This document shows positions 39,944 to 48,975 of a stretch of DNA of 64,000 nucleotides, one piece after another. Source of the stretch: an uncultured Gammaproteobacteria bacterium (GTDB lineage Bacteria > Pseudomonadota > Gammaproteobacteria > Steroidobacterales > Rariloculaceae); the NCBI GenBank assembly GCA_964465375.1, contig CAYXIJ010000004.1, positions 29,642-93,641 of the forward strand. Reading direction: 5' to 3'. The translations under genes were made by a program, and so were the position numbers. Within the stretch, counting starts at the first letter, position 1. Each line of letters begins with the position of its first letter. The notes beneath the pieces are model-generated. The model had not been told where the DNA came from, searched no databases, and saw nothing but the letters and a program-made list of their open reading frames with translations.

Positions 39944-40047
39944 AGTGGAATTACTGATCAAAATTTGCATCTGACCAGGTTTTGTGCGATCTCCACGGCT
40001 CCCGCTTAAAGACGACTAACTTACAGTATTCCTTTACAATTCATCGC

Positions 40048-40314
40048 ATGAAAATTTGTCATAACCACAACCTGAATCGCACGCTGGATGGGGAAAGGTT
40101 ATTTGGGATACGGGTCAGCCTAGACGATAGTGACCCTTTTGGTCGCCTGCTTGGGGCTGATTGGCGGCGATTCCATTGGTATAAAACAGCAAAGCAAAGA
40201 GATTATGCCTTAAAGGAAATGAGTAGAGAGCATGTCTACTCTCGGCGTGGTGACCGCCCAATAATCATTCTTGAACCGGTAGCTCGCTCCAGTAACTCGG
40301 GTTCAACCCAATGA
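40048..40314 (+). CDS. Hypothetical small protein (about 88 aa), start uncertain
   Basis: The ORF is open from the TTG at 39982, and the first ATG at 40048 has no clear Shine-Dalgarno sequence. The product is charged and soluble (WRRFHWYKTAKQRDYALKEMSREHVYSRRGDRP). I recognise no family. Confidence 0.4.
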   Translation: MKICHNHNLNRTLDGERLFGIRVSLDDSDPFGRLLGADWRRFHWYKTAKQRDYALKEMSREHVYSRRGDRPIIILEPVARSSNSGSTQ

Positions 40315-40397
40315 ACTCGTTATAATGCCTGCCCCCTCGCGGATAACCCTGTGTACAGATCAGGGGGAGTGTTACATTTTTGTTGGAGAAGTAAAAA

Positions 40398-41762
40398 ATG
40401 CTTGATCTGATGAAGATTGCCCGAACTGAGGCCAGCGGTGGCGACTTGTTTAATGCCCTACAAGGCCTGTTCGAGTCCTCAGATGTTCGACCGACAGATT
40501 ATCCGGATGCAGTAATCTGGCAGGGGGGCCATCATGACGGGACAGTCAACCCGATCGCTCACTCGCTCACGGATGCGTACGCACTCCTTGGAACCATAGC
40601 TGCCATCGACGTTCTTGGCTTACCCTATTATGCGGTTCCCATGTGGGCCCAATATCGCCACGATATGGCGCTCGCCCCCCTCAGCTGGTTTGGCAATATG
40701 CCTTGTATCTCCATTAAGTGGTCGACTGCCGGTGATGCATACGTTAACGATGCCGGCGGTAACAAAGTGGTAGTGATGGGCAAATCAGGCAATGCGCCCC
40801 TTAGAACACAAGCGGGCGTTTATTGCAACGTGCGTCCCTACGGCCCAATAACTGTTGTACGCTGTATGCCATGTCTCCCATATTCTCAAGACAAATCTGT
40901 CTTTGACGTGAATTCAAAGACCGGCATTATTCATAGTGAAATGAATACCCCGGGTGTGCAGATGGCCTACGCCAACCGTCATTTTTTGAAAATGGTGCAT
41001 GAAACCGGCAGCCTCGGTCGAGTTGCCTTCAAGCCAACGCAGGCACAGGAAGACGGAATCAATTCAGGGTTACTTTCTTGGATGCTGGAGGGCACGCAGT
41101 TCAAAGTCGGGCGAAAGTACGCTGTAGATGGCTATATGGAACATCGAAAGCTTGTTGATCGAATTGTCGACTTACTCCCTGGTGACTTCAAAAATGGAAT
41201 GGAAAACTGGGGTGGACAGATTGAACAACACATTGCTGACACCAACTACGGAATCCTGATCTGGGATCTTATTCAAAAACAGGATGTTATTATTCTCACA
41301 ACGGATCTGGACGGTGACCGATTGACTGACCTCCTCGCAGATGTATCCGATCCACTGCGAATGTTTGGACAAATGGTGCTCAACCACATAGACACAGAGG
41401 TCGAAGATCTTTGGGGTGACATGGGCTATACAACAGGCAACGGCCGTGATATGACATCAGTCATGCACCGCATGCAGGGGCCTCCAATCCATGAGCAGAC
41501 CCTTGGGTCTGCAGATGCCATGCTTTTAAGGCTGCTTGATGGCGATGAATCAATGGGGGGAACAAAACGCCCCTACGACCCGCGCATCCATTTCGTCCTC
41601 ATACGTGATGCCTATAAAGACGCTAACCCTGACAACAAAAAACTTCATACCTGGCTGGATAAAGCGCTCACAATTTTTGATGATGTGTATGCTGGAGAAC
41701 GACCAGGATTTCTGGAGGGCTACACCCAACTCAAAAATTCAATTAAAGCCTGGGGTACTTGA
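40398..41762 (+). CDS. Hypothetical cytoplasmic protein (454 aa), family not recognised
   Basis: Long clean ORF with a GGAGAA Shine-Dalgarno sequence 8 nt upstream of the ATG. It has no signal peptide or TM segment and no motif I can assign. Confidence 0.75.
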   Translation: MLDLMKIARTEASGGDLFNALQGLFESSDVRPTDYPDAVIWQGGHHDGTVNPIAHSLTDAYALLGTIAAIDVLGLPYYAVPMWAQYRHDMALAPLSWFGNMPCISIKWSTAGDAYVNDAGGNKVVVMGKSGNAPLRTQAGVYCNVRPYGPITVVRCMPCLPYSQDKSVFDVNSKTGIIHSEMNTPGVQMAYANRHFLKMVHETGSLGRVAFKPTQAQEDGINSGLLSWMLEGTQFKVGRKYAVDGYMEHRKLVDRIVDLLPGDFKNGMENWGGQIEQHIADTNYGILIWDLIQKQDVIILTTDLDGDRLTDLLADVSDPLRMFGQMVLNHIDTEVEDLWGDMGYTTGNGRDMTSVMHRMQGPPIHEQTLGSADAMLLRLLDGDESMGGTKRPYDPRIHFVLIRDAYKDANPDNKKLHTWLDKALTIFDDVYAGERPGFLEGYTQLKNSIKAWGT

Positions 41763-41797
41763 TCACCGTGAGTATTGTTCCGAGAAAATAGTGGTCA

Positions 41798-41817
41798 CTT
41801 TGCCCAGAAGGGCAAGG
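41798..41817. terminator. Hairpin between convergent genes (possible terminator)
   Basis: CTTTGCCC-AGAA-GGGCAAGG forms an 8-bp stem (one G-U pair) with a tetraloop. There is no strong U-tract. Confidence 0.3.
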
Positions 41818-41827
41818 GTTGAAACTC

Positions 41828-42070
41828 TCAGCCCGCTGCGACTGGCGGAAAAAACAGAACGACATCACCAGAGGAGAGCGGTGAGTCCCAGCCCGCAAGT
41901 TCATCGTTGATCGCTACTTTACAGCGCTCCATTGGATCGACGAAATCATGCCGCTGCGATAATTCAGAGAAAAGCTGACTAGCAGTCTCAGCGGAGGTGC
42001 TAATCGTCTCACTTTCTTTGCCAGCTAGCTCCCTAAATAAAGCAAAATACTGGATTGTTACACCAATCAT
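41828..42070 (-). CDS. moaD: Molybdopterin synthase sulfur-carrier subunit MoaD-like
   Basis: 80 aa protein of beta-grasp length, colinear with E. coli MoaD up to GDVVLFFPPVAAG. The C-terminus is Ala-Gly rather than Gly-Gly. Confidence 0.75.
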   Translation of the reverse strand: MIGVTIQYFALFRELAGKESETISTSAETASQLFSELSQRHDFVDPMERCKVAINDELAGWDSPLSSGDVVLFFPPVAAG

Positions 42071-42078
42071 CCCGCTAA

Positions 42079-42555
42079 CTATTCCCCAAAATCCTGTTTT
42101 CCACCTGCCTTAGAAATTAGCCTAACATCACTAATTCGTATTTGATGCGATAACGCCTTACACATATCGTAAACAGTCAACGCTGCCACAGCTGCACCCG
42201 TGAGTGCTTCCATCTCAACCCCTGTTTTGTGTGTGGCTCGAACTGAACAATCGATTGTAAGTTTATCCCCCCCAATCCATTCAAAAGAAATTCTGCAATC
42301 TTCCAAGGGAATGGGATGGCAAAAAGGCAGAAGACTGTGAGTTTGTTTAGCTGCCTGAACTCCTGCAATGATTGCCGTATCTAGCACAGGACCCTTCTTT
42401 GTGTGAAGCGTTTCCTGACGATCAGCCAGATGATCTCTAGAAAATTCTTCAGGAAAAACCACCGTTGCCCGGGCAACGGCTGTCCGCCGTGTCACTGCTT
42501 TGTCACTTACATCCACCATCGTTGGAAGATTTTCCTTATCTACATGACTAAGCAT
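42079..42555 (-). CDS. moaC: Cyclic pyranopterin monophosphate synthase
   Basis: TGVEMEALTGAAVAALTVYDMCKA motif. It overlaps the moaA stop by 1 nt. Confidence 0.92.
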   Translation of the reverse strand: MLSHVDKENLPTMVDVSDKAVTRRTAVARATVVFPEEFSRDHLADRQETLHTKKGPVLDTAIIAGVQAAKQTHSLLPFCHPIPLEDCRISFEWIGGDKLTIDCSVRATHKTGVEMEALTGAAVAALTVYDMCKALSHQIRISDVRLISKAGGKQDFGE

Positions 42556-43601
42556 TAGCCGCCCATTCTGTACATTTCTATTCTCGATTTTTTTATTTCA
42601 TCCATGTTTTTCTCTCTAAATTCGCTGTATCTATCTCCGCGTTGCCGCCAAATATTTTGCAACAACCCAACCAGATCAGCATCACTTGCTCCAGCTCGCA
42701 AAGGTTCACGAAGATTAGTGCCTTCTGTTGCGAACAAACACGTGTACATAGTGCCGTCAGCTGAAAGGCGGGCACGATGACAATCACCACAGAATGGTTC
42801 GCTTACCGAGGAAATAAAACCAACTTCTCCCTTCCCGTCTTTAAAAGCATAGCGCCTAGCTACTTCACCACGATAATTGGGCTCTAAGGATCTCAGTGGC
42901 CACCGAGCACTGATCAGATCAAGAACAGTCTTCGAAGGCACAACCTCATCAAGGTGCCAGCCGTTTAGCGTACCCACATCCATATATTCGATAAAGCGCA
43001 CTATCACGGATGTACCACGAAAATACTCCAAAAGATCCAAGACAGTTCGTTCGCTCTTGCCCTTTTGAACAACCACATTAACTTTTATCGGATCCAATCC
43101 CACATCATGTGCCGCCTTAATTCCTTCAAGTACGACTTCCAACTCACCACGTTCACCGCTCATCTCTCGAAAAACAATCGGGTCGAGGCTGTCCAAACTA
43201 ACTGTGAAGCGCCTTAATCCAGCAGCCTTCAATTCAGAAACGTGGCCTGCAAGAAGAGTTCCATTCGTGGTTAGGGCAAGATCTTTTAGTCCCGGCAAAT
43301 CAGAGAGAGTAGCAACAATCTCAGCAATGTCACGCCGTAATAATGGCTCCCCACCAGTCAGGCGAAGCTTGTTGACCCCAAGCTGCACGAAAAGGCCCGC
43401 AATACGTCTCAATTCTCCGGGAGTCAACCATTGCTGCCTGGGAAGAAATGCATAATCAGAGTCGTAAATTTCTGCGGGCATACAATAAGGGCATCGAAAA
43501 TTGCAGCGATCCACAACGGAGATCCGTAAATCCCGCAACGGCCTCCCTAGAGTATCCTTCACTACACTTGCAGCTCGCCATTCTGTAACTCTACTCGACA
43601 T
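42555..43601 (-). CDS. moaA: GTP 3',8-cyclase (radical SAM)
   Basis: DRCNFRCPYCMP radical-SAM cluster, GGEPLLR and the C-terminal CGDCHRARLSADG cluster. I chose the ATG at 43601, preceded by AAGAGGA, over the TTG at 43604. Confidence 0.93.
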   Translation of the reverse strand: MSSRVTEWRAASVVKDTLGRPLRDLRISVVDRCNFRCPYCMPAEIYDSDYAFLPRQQWLTPGELRRIAGLFVQLGVNKLRLTGGEPLLRRDIAEIVATLSDLPGLKDLALTTNGTLLAGHVSELKAAGLRRFTVSLDSLDPIVFREMSGERGELEVVLEGIKAAHDVGLDPIKVNVVVQKGKSERTVLDLLEYFRGTSVIVRFIEYMDVGTLNGWHLDEVVPSKTVLDLISARWPLRSLEPNYRGEVARRYAFKDGKGEVGFISSVSEPFCGDCHRARLSADGTMYTCLFATEGTNLREPLRAGASDADLVGLLQNIWRQRGDRYSEFREKNMDEIKKSRIEMYRMGG

Positions 43602-43885
43602 CAAGTCCTCTTTATTTTCCAGCTATCACTACACCGCCCTAGGGACACAATGCTAGCATTGGTATACTAACGTTTATAGGCATGCCTTCACTGAGATATA
43701 GCATACAACCAACGGCTCCCTAAGTTTCAACGCCGCACCACGTGTGCCTACGCAGGCAGGTATTAACTGTAGGTTAAAACATGTGCGCAAAGTCGATTAC
43801 CAAAACTAGCGAATCTTCACGCGTTTTTTAGATGTCGCAATGAAAACTACCTTAGAACCATTAAGGCCATCAGCTACTTGATACT

Positions 43886-44632
43886 ATGATTCCGCAATCA
43901 ATCGTCGATTTCTTTCATGTTAACCAAAATGCACTCTGGCTAACAACACTCATTTTGGATCTTTCCCTAACCCTTGTAATGTACCGGGTGTTTGGTCGTA
44001 TCGGGCTTACCGCCGCTATAGTGCTAGCGATACTACTTGCAAATCTGCAGGGGCCAAAACTCACTGAAATTTTTGGTATGGAAACTAGCTTGGGCGTAAT
44101 TTTTTATTCCACTATTTTCTTTGCCACTGACGTGCTCAGTGAAAAATATGGACGCCAAGTCGCAGGAAAAACAGTATTAATGGGGTTTGGTGTTAGTGCA
44201 ATCATCGTCCTGATGATGAGTATGAGCTTGCTCTATCTGCCATCCACCCAACCTAATACTGCTGAGTTTTCTTTGGAAATTCACCAGGCATTCGAGAGCA
44301 TTCTCGACTTTACGCCACGCTTTGTTGCCGGCTCATTGCTTGCCTATCTTGTTAGTCAGAGTTTTGATGTCTGGCTATTCCATAAAATTAAATCATATAC
44401 CGACGGACGACATCTCTGGATCCGGAATAATCTATCGACAATGACCTCCCAAGCATTAGACACGACCATTTACTCATTGGTAGTTTGGTGGGGCATAGTG
44501 GATCTAACAACTGCCATTGAACTTGGGTTAGTGAAATACGGTTTCAAGATTTTTATTGCGGCCTTTGACACACCCTTTATCTACTGGGCCCGGAGCTGGA
44601 ATGTACCATTTACTTCAGAAAAACCAGGATAA
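43886..44632 (+). CDS. yhhQ: VUT-family queuosine-precursor transporter (YhhQ/DUF165-like)
   Basis: Polytopic protein colinear with YhhQ motifs (FFATDVLSEKYG; AYLVSQSFDVWLFHKIK; WIRNNLSTMTSQALDTTIY; KIFIAAFDTPF). Confidence 0.7.
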   Translation: MIPQSIVDFFHVNQNALWLTTLILDLSLTLVMYRVFGRIGLTAAIVLAILLANLQGPKLTEIFGMETSLGVIFYSTIFFATDVLSEKYGRQVAGKTVLMGFGVSAIIVLMMSMSLLYLPSTQPNTAEFSLEIHQAFESILDFTPRFVAGSLLAYLVSQSFDVWLFHKIKSYTDGRHLWIRNNLSTMTSQALDTTIYSLVVWWGIVDLTTAIELGLVKYGFKIFIAAFDTPFIYWARSWNVPFTSEKPG

Positions 44633-44760
44633 GCAACGGTACCCAAGTGTAAGAAAAAGACTTAATTAATTAGCGAATATTGCCTACTTAAATATCAAAA
44701 AAATTATTGTTATATTGATGTAATGTTAAAATACACGGACCTTTAGGAAAAAAAGAGAAA

Positions 44761-46026
44761 ATGAATAGGAGTACCCTAGGGCCACTTGGCGTGCCGCGAA
44801 ACACAAAAGATCAGCACCGCAAACCAACCGCAACACGAAAAAATAGCCCGACTGCACTGGATAGATGGCTTCTGAGCCAAATTGAAAAGCGTCTGGTTAA
44901 TACTCCTTTGCGCATTCAGCTTTGGGATCAATCCACTATGTCCGCCAACATCCCTACGGTGAAAGTCCATGATCGCGGTGCATTGATCGGACTCATTTGT
45001 AATCCGGAACTGGAGTTTGGCGATCTCTACAGCTCAGGACGAATCGAGTTTTTGGGGAACTTTGACGAACTAATGGAAAGTGCCTACAACTACGTTAAGG
45101 ACACTACAACATTCGCTAGACTTATTAGGCGTTTACGCAGACTTGCGGCACCAGATTTAGCACAATCCCGCCGCAATATTCACCATCATTATGATATTGG
45201 TAATGACTTCTACAAACTTTGGCTCGACGAAGAGGCAATGCAATATACCTGCGCCTACTATCCAAGCGATTCCATGGATCTAGAAGCTGCACAACAGGAA
45301 AAAATGCATCATGTTTGCAGGAAGCTCTGGCTGAAGCCGGGTGATACGGTAGTAGAGGCAGGTTGTGGCTGGGGTGGTTTCGCGTTGTTCATGGCACAAC
45401 ACTACGGAGTAAATGTGCGTGCATTTAACATTTCTCATGAACAAATTCTTCATGCCCGCGAATGGGCAAAACAAAAAAATTTGAGCGATCGGGTGGAATT
45501 TGTTGAGGATGATTACCGTAATGTTGATGGACAATACGATGTTTTTGTTTCGATTGGAATGCTAGAACATGTGGGACGAGCAAACTACCAAGAACTTGGA
45601 AAAATCATGAAGCAGTCACTCAGACAAACTGGTAGAGGTCTGGTTCACAGCATTGGGCGTGATAAAGAAATTCCATTTAATCCCTGGATAGCTAAGCGTA
45701 TTTTTCCTGGTGCCTATCCTCCAACATTAAAAGAAATGACAAGCCTCTTCGAAAATAGTGATCTTTCGGTTTTGGATGTTGAAAATCTTCGCCTTCACTA
45801 TGCGAAAACCCTGAAAGGATGGCTGGATCGCTATGAGGAAAATATGGATGAAGTTCGGCGCATGTTCGATGACAATTTCGTCCGAGCCTGGCGTCTTTAT
45901 CTTGCTGGCTCTAGGGGAGCTTTTAAGGCCGGGTCTCTGCAACTTTTTCAAATTTTGTTCACACGTTCGGGTTTTAACGAAATACCAGCCACACGGGCAA
46001 GAATCTATCCTAATAGCTATGAATAA
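44761..46026 (+). CDS. Cyclopropane-fatty-acyl-phospholipid synthase family SAM-dependent methyltransferase
   Basis: VVEAGCGWGGFALFMA SAM motif I and CMAS-family length and layout, with a basic extension of about 40 aa at the N-terminus. Confidence 0.85.
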   Translation: MNRSTLGPLGVPRNTKDQHRKPTATRKNSPTALDRWLLSQIEKRLVNTPLRIQLWDQSTMSANIPTVKVHDRGALIGLICNPELEFGDLYSSGRIEFLGNFDELMESAYNYVKDTTTFARLIRRLRRLAAPDLAQSRRNIHHHYDIGNDFYKLWLDEEAMQYTCAYYPSDSMDLEAAQQEKMHHVCRKLWLKPGDTVVEAGCGWGGFALFMAQHYGVNVRAFNISHEQILHAREWAKQKNLSDRVEFVEDDYRNVDGQYDVFVSIGMLEHVGRANYQELGKIMKQSLRQTGRGLVHSIGRDKEIPFNPWIAKRIFPGAYPPTLKEMTSLFENSDLSVLDVENLRLHYAKTLKGWLDRYEENMDEVRRMFDDNFVRAWRLYLAGSRGAFKAGSLQLFQILFTRSGFNEIPATRARIYPNSYE

Positions 46027-46043
46027 AAAACTAACCAAGACTT

Positions 46044-47069
46044 ATGCGCCACTATGACGTCATTATCGTAGGGGGTGGGCCAGCAGGTTCTACATGCGCA
46101 GCCCGGTTAAGGGCTTCTGGCTTGAAAGTCACTGTACTGGATCTGGCGGAATTTCCACGACTTAAACTATGTGCCGGATGGGTAACCCCAGAAGTACTAG
46201 ATGACCTGAATATAGAACCTAAACATTACCCGCATCGACTAAACACTTTTGAAAAACTTAGAATTCACATAAAAGGACTAACATTTAATGTCAGGACCAC
46301 ACAACACTCAATCCGGAGATTTGAATTTGATAACTTTCTCCTTAACCGCTGTGGCGCGGATATCTTCAAGCACAATGTAAAAAACATTCAAAGACAAAAT
46401 GGAAAATATCTTGTTGATGATAAATTCAGCGGAGATTTCCTTATTGGCGCTGGGGGAACACGCTGCCCAGTTTATCGCACCTTTTTCCGAACTCTTAATC
46501 CTCGCGCCAAGGATAAACAAATTGTTGCTTACGAACTTGAGTTCCCGTACGAGTGGAGTGACCCACGGTGTCATCTTTGGTTCATTGAAAATAATCTTCC
46601 GGGATATTCATGGTATGTCCCTAAAAAAAATGGGTACTTGAATTGCGGTATTGGTGGATTTGCCGACAAAATAAAATCCAACGGAGATGATATAAAAAAA
46701 CACTGGGAACAATTGGTTCATAAACTGGAAAATCTTTCCATGGTTACGAGCTGGCAATCAGAAGAAGCTCACGGATATAGCTACTTCATGCGTAGCAACG
46801 TAGATACCCTGCGTTCTGATAATGCTTTCATCATCGGGGACGCTGCAGGTTTAGCAACCCTTGACCTAGGAGAAGGAATTGGACCAGCGGTTCAAAGCGC
46901 TCATCTAGCTGCGGATGCAATTGTGGATGGAAAAGAATATTCGCTTAATGCGATACACGCTTATAGCCCCATAAAACCGTGGCTCAGAAAATGGCTTGAG
47001 GGTCGATTAACAAAAAAAATGCTACATAAAAAAAGACACGAGGAGAACAATTCTATTGTTGCTCACTGA
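46044..47069 (+). CDS. FAD-dependent oxidoreductase, geranylgeranyl-reductase-like family
   Basis: YDVIIVGGGPAGSTCA dinucleotide fold and FIIGDAAG. It starts 17 nt after the methyltransferase gene. Confidence 0.8.
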   Translation: MRHYDVIIVGGGPAGSTCAARLRASGLKVTVLDLAEFPRLKLCAGWVTPEVLDDLNIEPKHYPHRLNTFEKLRIHIKGLTFNVRTTQHSIRRFEFDNFLLNRCGADIFKHNVKNIQRQNGKYLVDDKFSGDFLIGAGGTRCPVYRTFFRTLNPRAKDKQIVAYELEFPYEWSDPRCHLWFIENNLPGYSWYVPKKNGYLNCGIGGFADKIKSNGDDIKKHWEQLVHKLENLSMVTSWQSEEAHGYSYFMRSNVDTLRSDNAFIIGDAAGLATLDLGEGIGPAVQSAHLAADAIVDGKEYSLNAIHAYSPIKPWLRKWLEGRLTKKMLHKKRHEENNSIVAH

Positions 47070-48781
47070 GCTTGCTTGTTTGAGAGGGAGGTAAGCGCCT
47101 GTTTTTCGATTTTAGCCCAACTATCACGAAGCGTTACAGTACGGTTAAATACAGGTTGGCCCGGCTCAGAATGGATGGTGTCTACACAAAAATAACCGAG
47201 TCTCTCAAATTGAAAATTGTCACCAATATTTGCTTCTGAAAGGCCCTGTTCTAGAACAGCCTCCTTGACCACTTCCACGGAACGCGAATTTAAGCTATCC
47301 GAAAACGGAACATCCCCCTGGTCTGGGTTAGGGCTTAAAAAGAGACGATCATATAAGCGAACCTCAAGATGCTCTGCATGCCTAGCTGATACCCAGTGAA
47401 TTGTCCCCTTGACCTTTCTTTGATTGGTGCCGTCTCCACTTCTTGTATCCGGATCATAAGTGCACCGAAGAGCAACAATATCGCCGGAAGAATCCTTTAT
47501 GATTTCTTCGCACCGAATAATATATGCATAACGTAGCCTAACTTCACCACCCGGCCTCAAGCGATAAAATTTCCCGGGGGGGTCTTCCATGAAATCATTC
47601 TTTTCTATATAGATTTCCCGACTGAAGGGAATTTTACGAGAACCAAGCTCTGGACGATTGGGGTGATTAGCAGCATCTAGCAATTCCCCTTCGCCCTCAG
47701 CGTAGTTCTCTATGATCAACTTCAAAGGATCCAGCACGGCAAAACGACGTTGTGAATTTTCGTTAAGTTTCTCGCGGACACAAAACTCTAGAGAACCTAG
47801 CTGAATAACATTTTCCTTCTTCGTAATCCCGACACGCTTTGAAAAATCTCTAATTGCGGAGGGTGGATAACCTCGTCTCCGCATACCAGAAAGTGTCGGC
47901 ATACGCGGATCGTCCCAGCCTTCAACATATCCTTCATCCACAAGCCTTTTAAGTCGACGTTTGCTCATAATGGTGAACATAAGATTCAGCCGAGAAAACT
48001 CGATCTGCTGGGGTTGATTAGTGATAGAGCACTGAGCAACAAACCATTCGTAAAGCGGGCGATGATCTTCGAACTCTAAACTACATAGAGAATGAGTGGT
48101 GCCCTCTAGTACATCAGAGAGAGTATGAGCAAAGTCATACAACGGGTATATACACCACTGTTCGCCTGTTTTTTGATGAGATACTTTTCGTATGCGGTAT
48201 AAAGTCGGATCCCGCAAATTCATATTAGGCGAAGCCATATCAATTTTCGCTCGCAGTACACATTGCCCTTCATCAAACTCACCCTTACGCATAGCCTCAA
48301 AAAGCATTAGATTACTTTCTATAGAACGCGTTCGATCGGGGCTCTCAGTTCCCGGTCTAGTAAGAGTTCCGCGATGCGCACGAATCTGCTCAGCTGACGA
48401 GTCATCAACGTATGCCTTACCCTGCTTTATAAGCTCAACAGCAAATTCATAGATCTGCTGGAAATAATCAGACGCATGCGTTAATGCAGCCCAGTCGTAA
48501 CCCAACCAGCTTATATCCTTACGAATTGCTTCAATGAATTCAGAATCCTCTTTCTCTGGATTAGTATCATCGAAACGCAAATAGCATTTTCCATTGAATT
48601 CTGCAGCAATATCAAATGATAGGCAGGCTGCCTTCGCGTGCCCAATATGAAGATAACCATTGGGTTCAGGCGGAAATCGTGTTTGTACACGACCACCGTT
48701 TTTCAATGCAGCAACGTCCGTAGCCACAATTTGCCGGACGAAATCTTTACCAACAGTACTTTGTGTACCCATAGCACCCAT
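47063..48781 (-). CDS. glnS: Glutamine--tRNA ligase
   Basis: PEPNGYLHIGHAKA (HIGH) and TIMSKRRL (KMSKS-type) motifs. The alternative start is 48772. Confidence 0.95.
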   Translation of the reverse strand: MGAMGTQSTVGKDFVRQIVATDVAALKNGGRVQTRFPPEPNGYLHIGHAKAACLSFDIAAEFNGKCYLRFDDTNPEKEDSEFIEAIRKDISWLGYDWAALTHASDYFQQIYEFAVELIKQGKAYVDDSSAEQIRAHRGTLTRPGTESPDRTRSIESNLMLFEAMRKGEFDEGQCVLRAKIDMASPNMNLRDPTLYRIRKVSHQKTGEQWCIYPLYDFAHTLSDVLEGTTHSLCSLEFEDHRPLYEWFVAQCSITNQPQQIEFSRLNLMFTIMSKRRLKRLVDEGYVEGWDDPRMPTLSGMRRRGYPPSAIRDFSKRVGITKKENVIQLGSLEFCVREKLNENSQRRFAVLDPLKLIIENYAEGEGELLDAANHPNRPELGSRKIPFSREIYIEKNDFMEDPPGKFYRLRPGGEVRLRYAYIIRCEEIIKDSSGDIVALRCTYDPDTRSGDGTNQRKVKGTIHWVSARHAEHLEVRLYDRLFLSPNPDQGDVPFSDSLNSRSVEVVKEAVLEQGLSEANIGDNFQFERLGYFCVDTIHSEPGQPVFNRTVTLRDSWAKIEKQALTSLSNKQAQ

Positions 48782-48829
48782 TGTCCTTCATGCGCGCCTT
48801 ATTTTGTAGAATTCTTGCGCTACTGTGAC

Positions 48830-48855
48830 AAAAATCCTGAAAAAAATCTCAGGAT
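48830..48855 (-). terminator. Rho-independent terminator candidate downstream of the MATE gene
   Basis: The minus strand reads ATCCTGA-gatttttt-TCAGGAT followed by TTTTG. A TTGTCA-17 nt-TACAAA promoter-like pair for glnS follows at 48803-48831. Confidence 0.45.
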
Positions 48856-48975
48856 CAATGCTCAAGACCCTTAAAAAATCTGGTAGTTTAATCGAGGTCT
48901 TTTCTACGCAACATCTTTTAAAGCCTGAGCCTGACTATGGTCGACCCGCACAAACTTTGGTATTTCCTTTTCTCG

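Noticed and set aside
43605-43760. Possible Moco riboswitch in the moaA leader (minus strand).
   Set aside because: I could not find the conserved CCGAGCC-type core of the Moco RNA motif; the closest string is TAGGGAGCCG. The GGAAAATAAAGAGGA near the start looks like an ordinary Shine-Dalgarno region. A covariance-model scan is needed to be sure.
43819-43852. Possible preQ1-I riboswitch upstream of the yhhQ-like transporter. An A-rich tail ...GAAAACTACC could pair CTA with a TAG in a preceding loop.
   Set aside because: The putative P1 stem is only 3 bp (GCG/CGC). The conserved loop nucleotides (UUC...CCC) of preQ1-I are absent. The resemblance is limited to the A-rich CTA tail.
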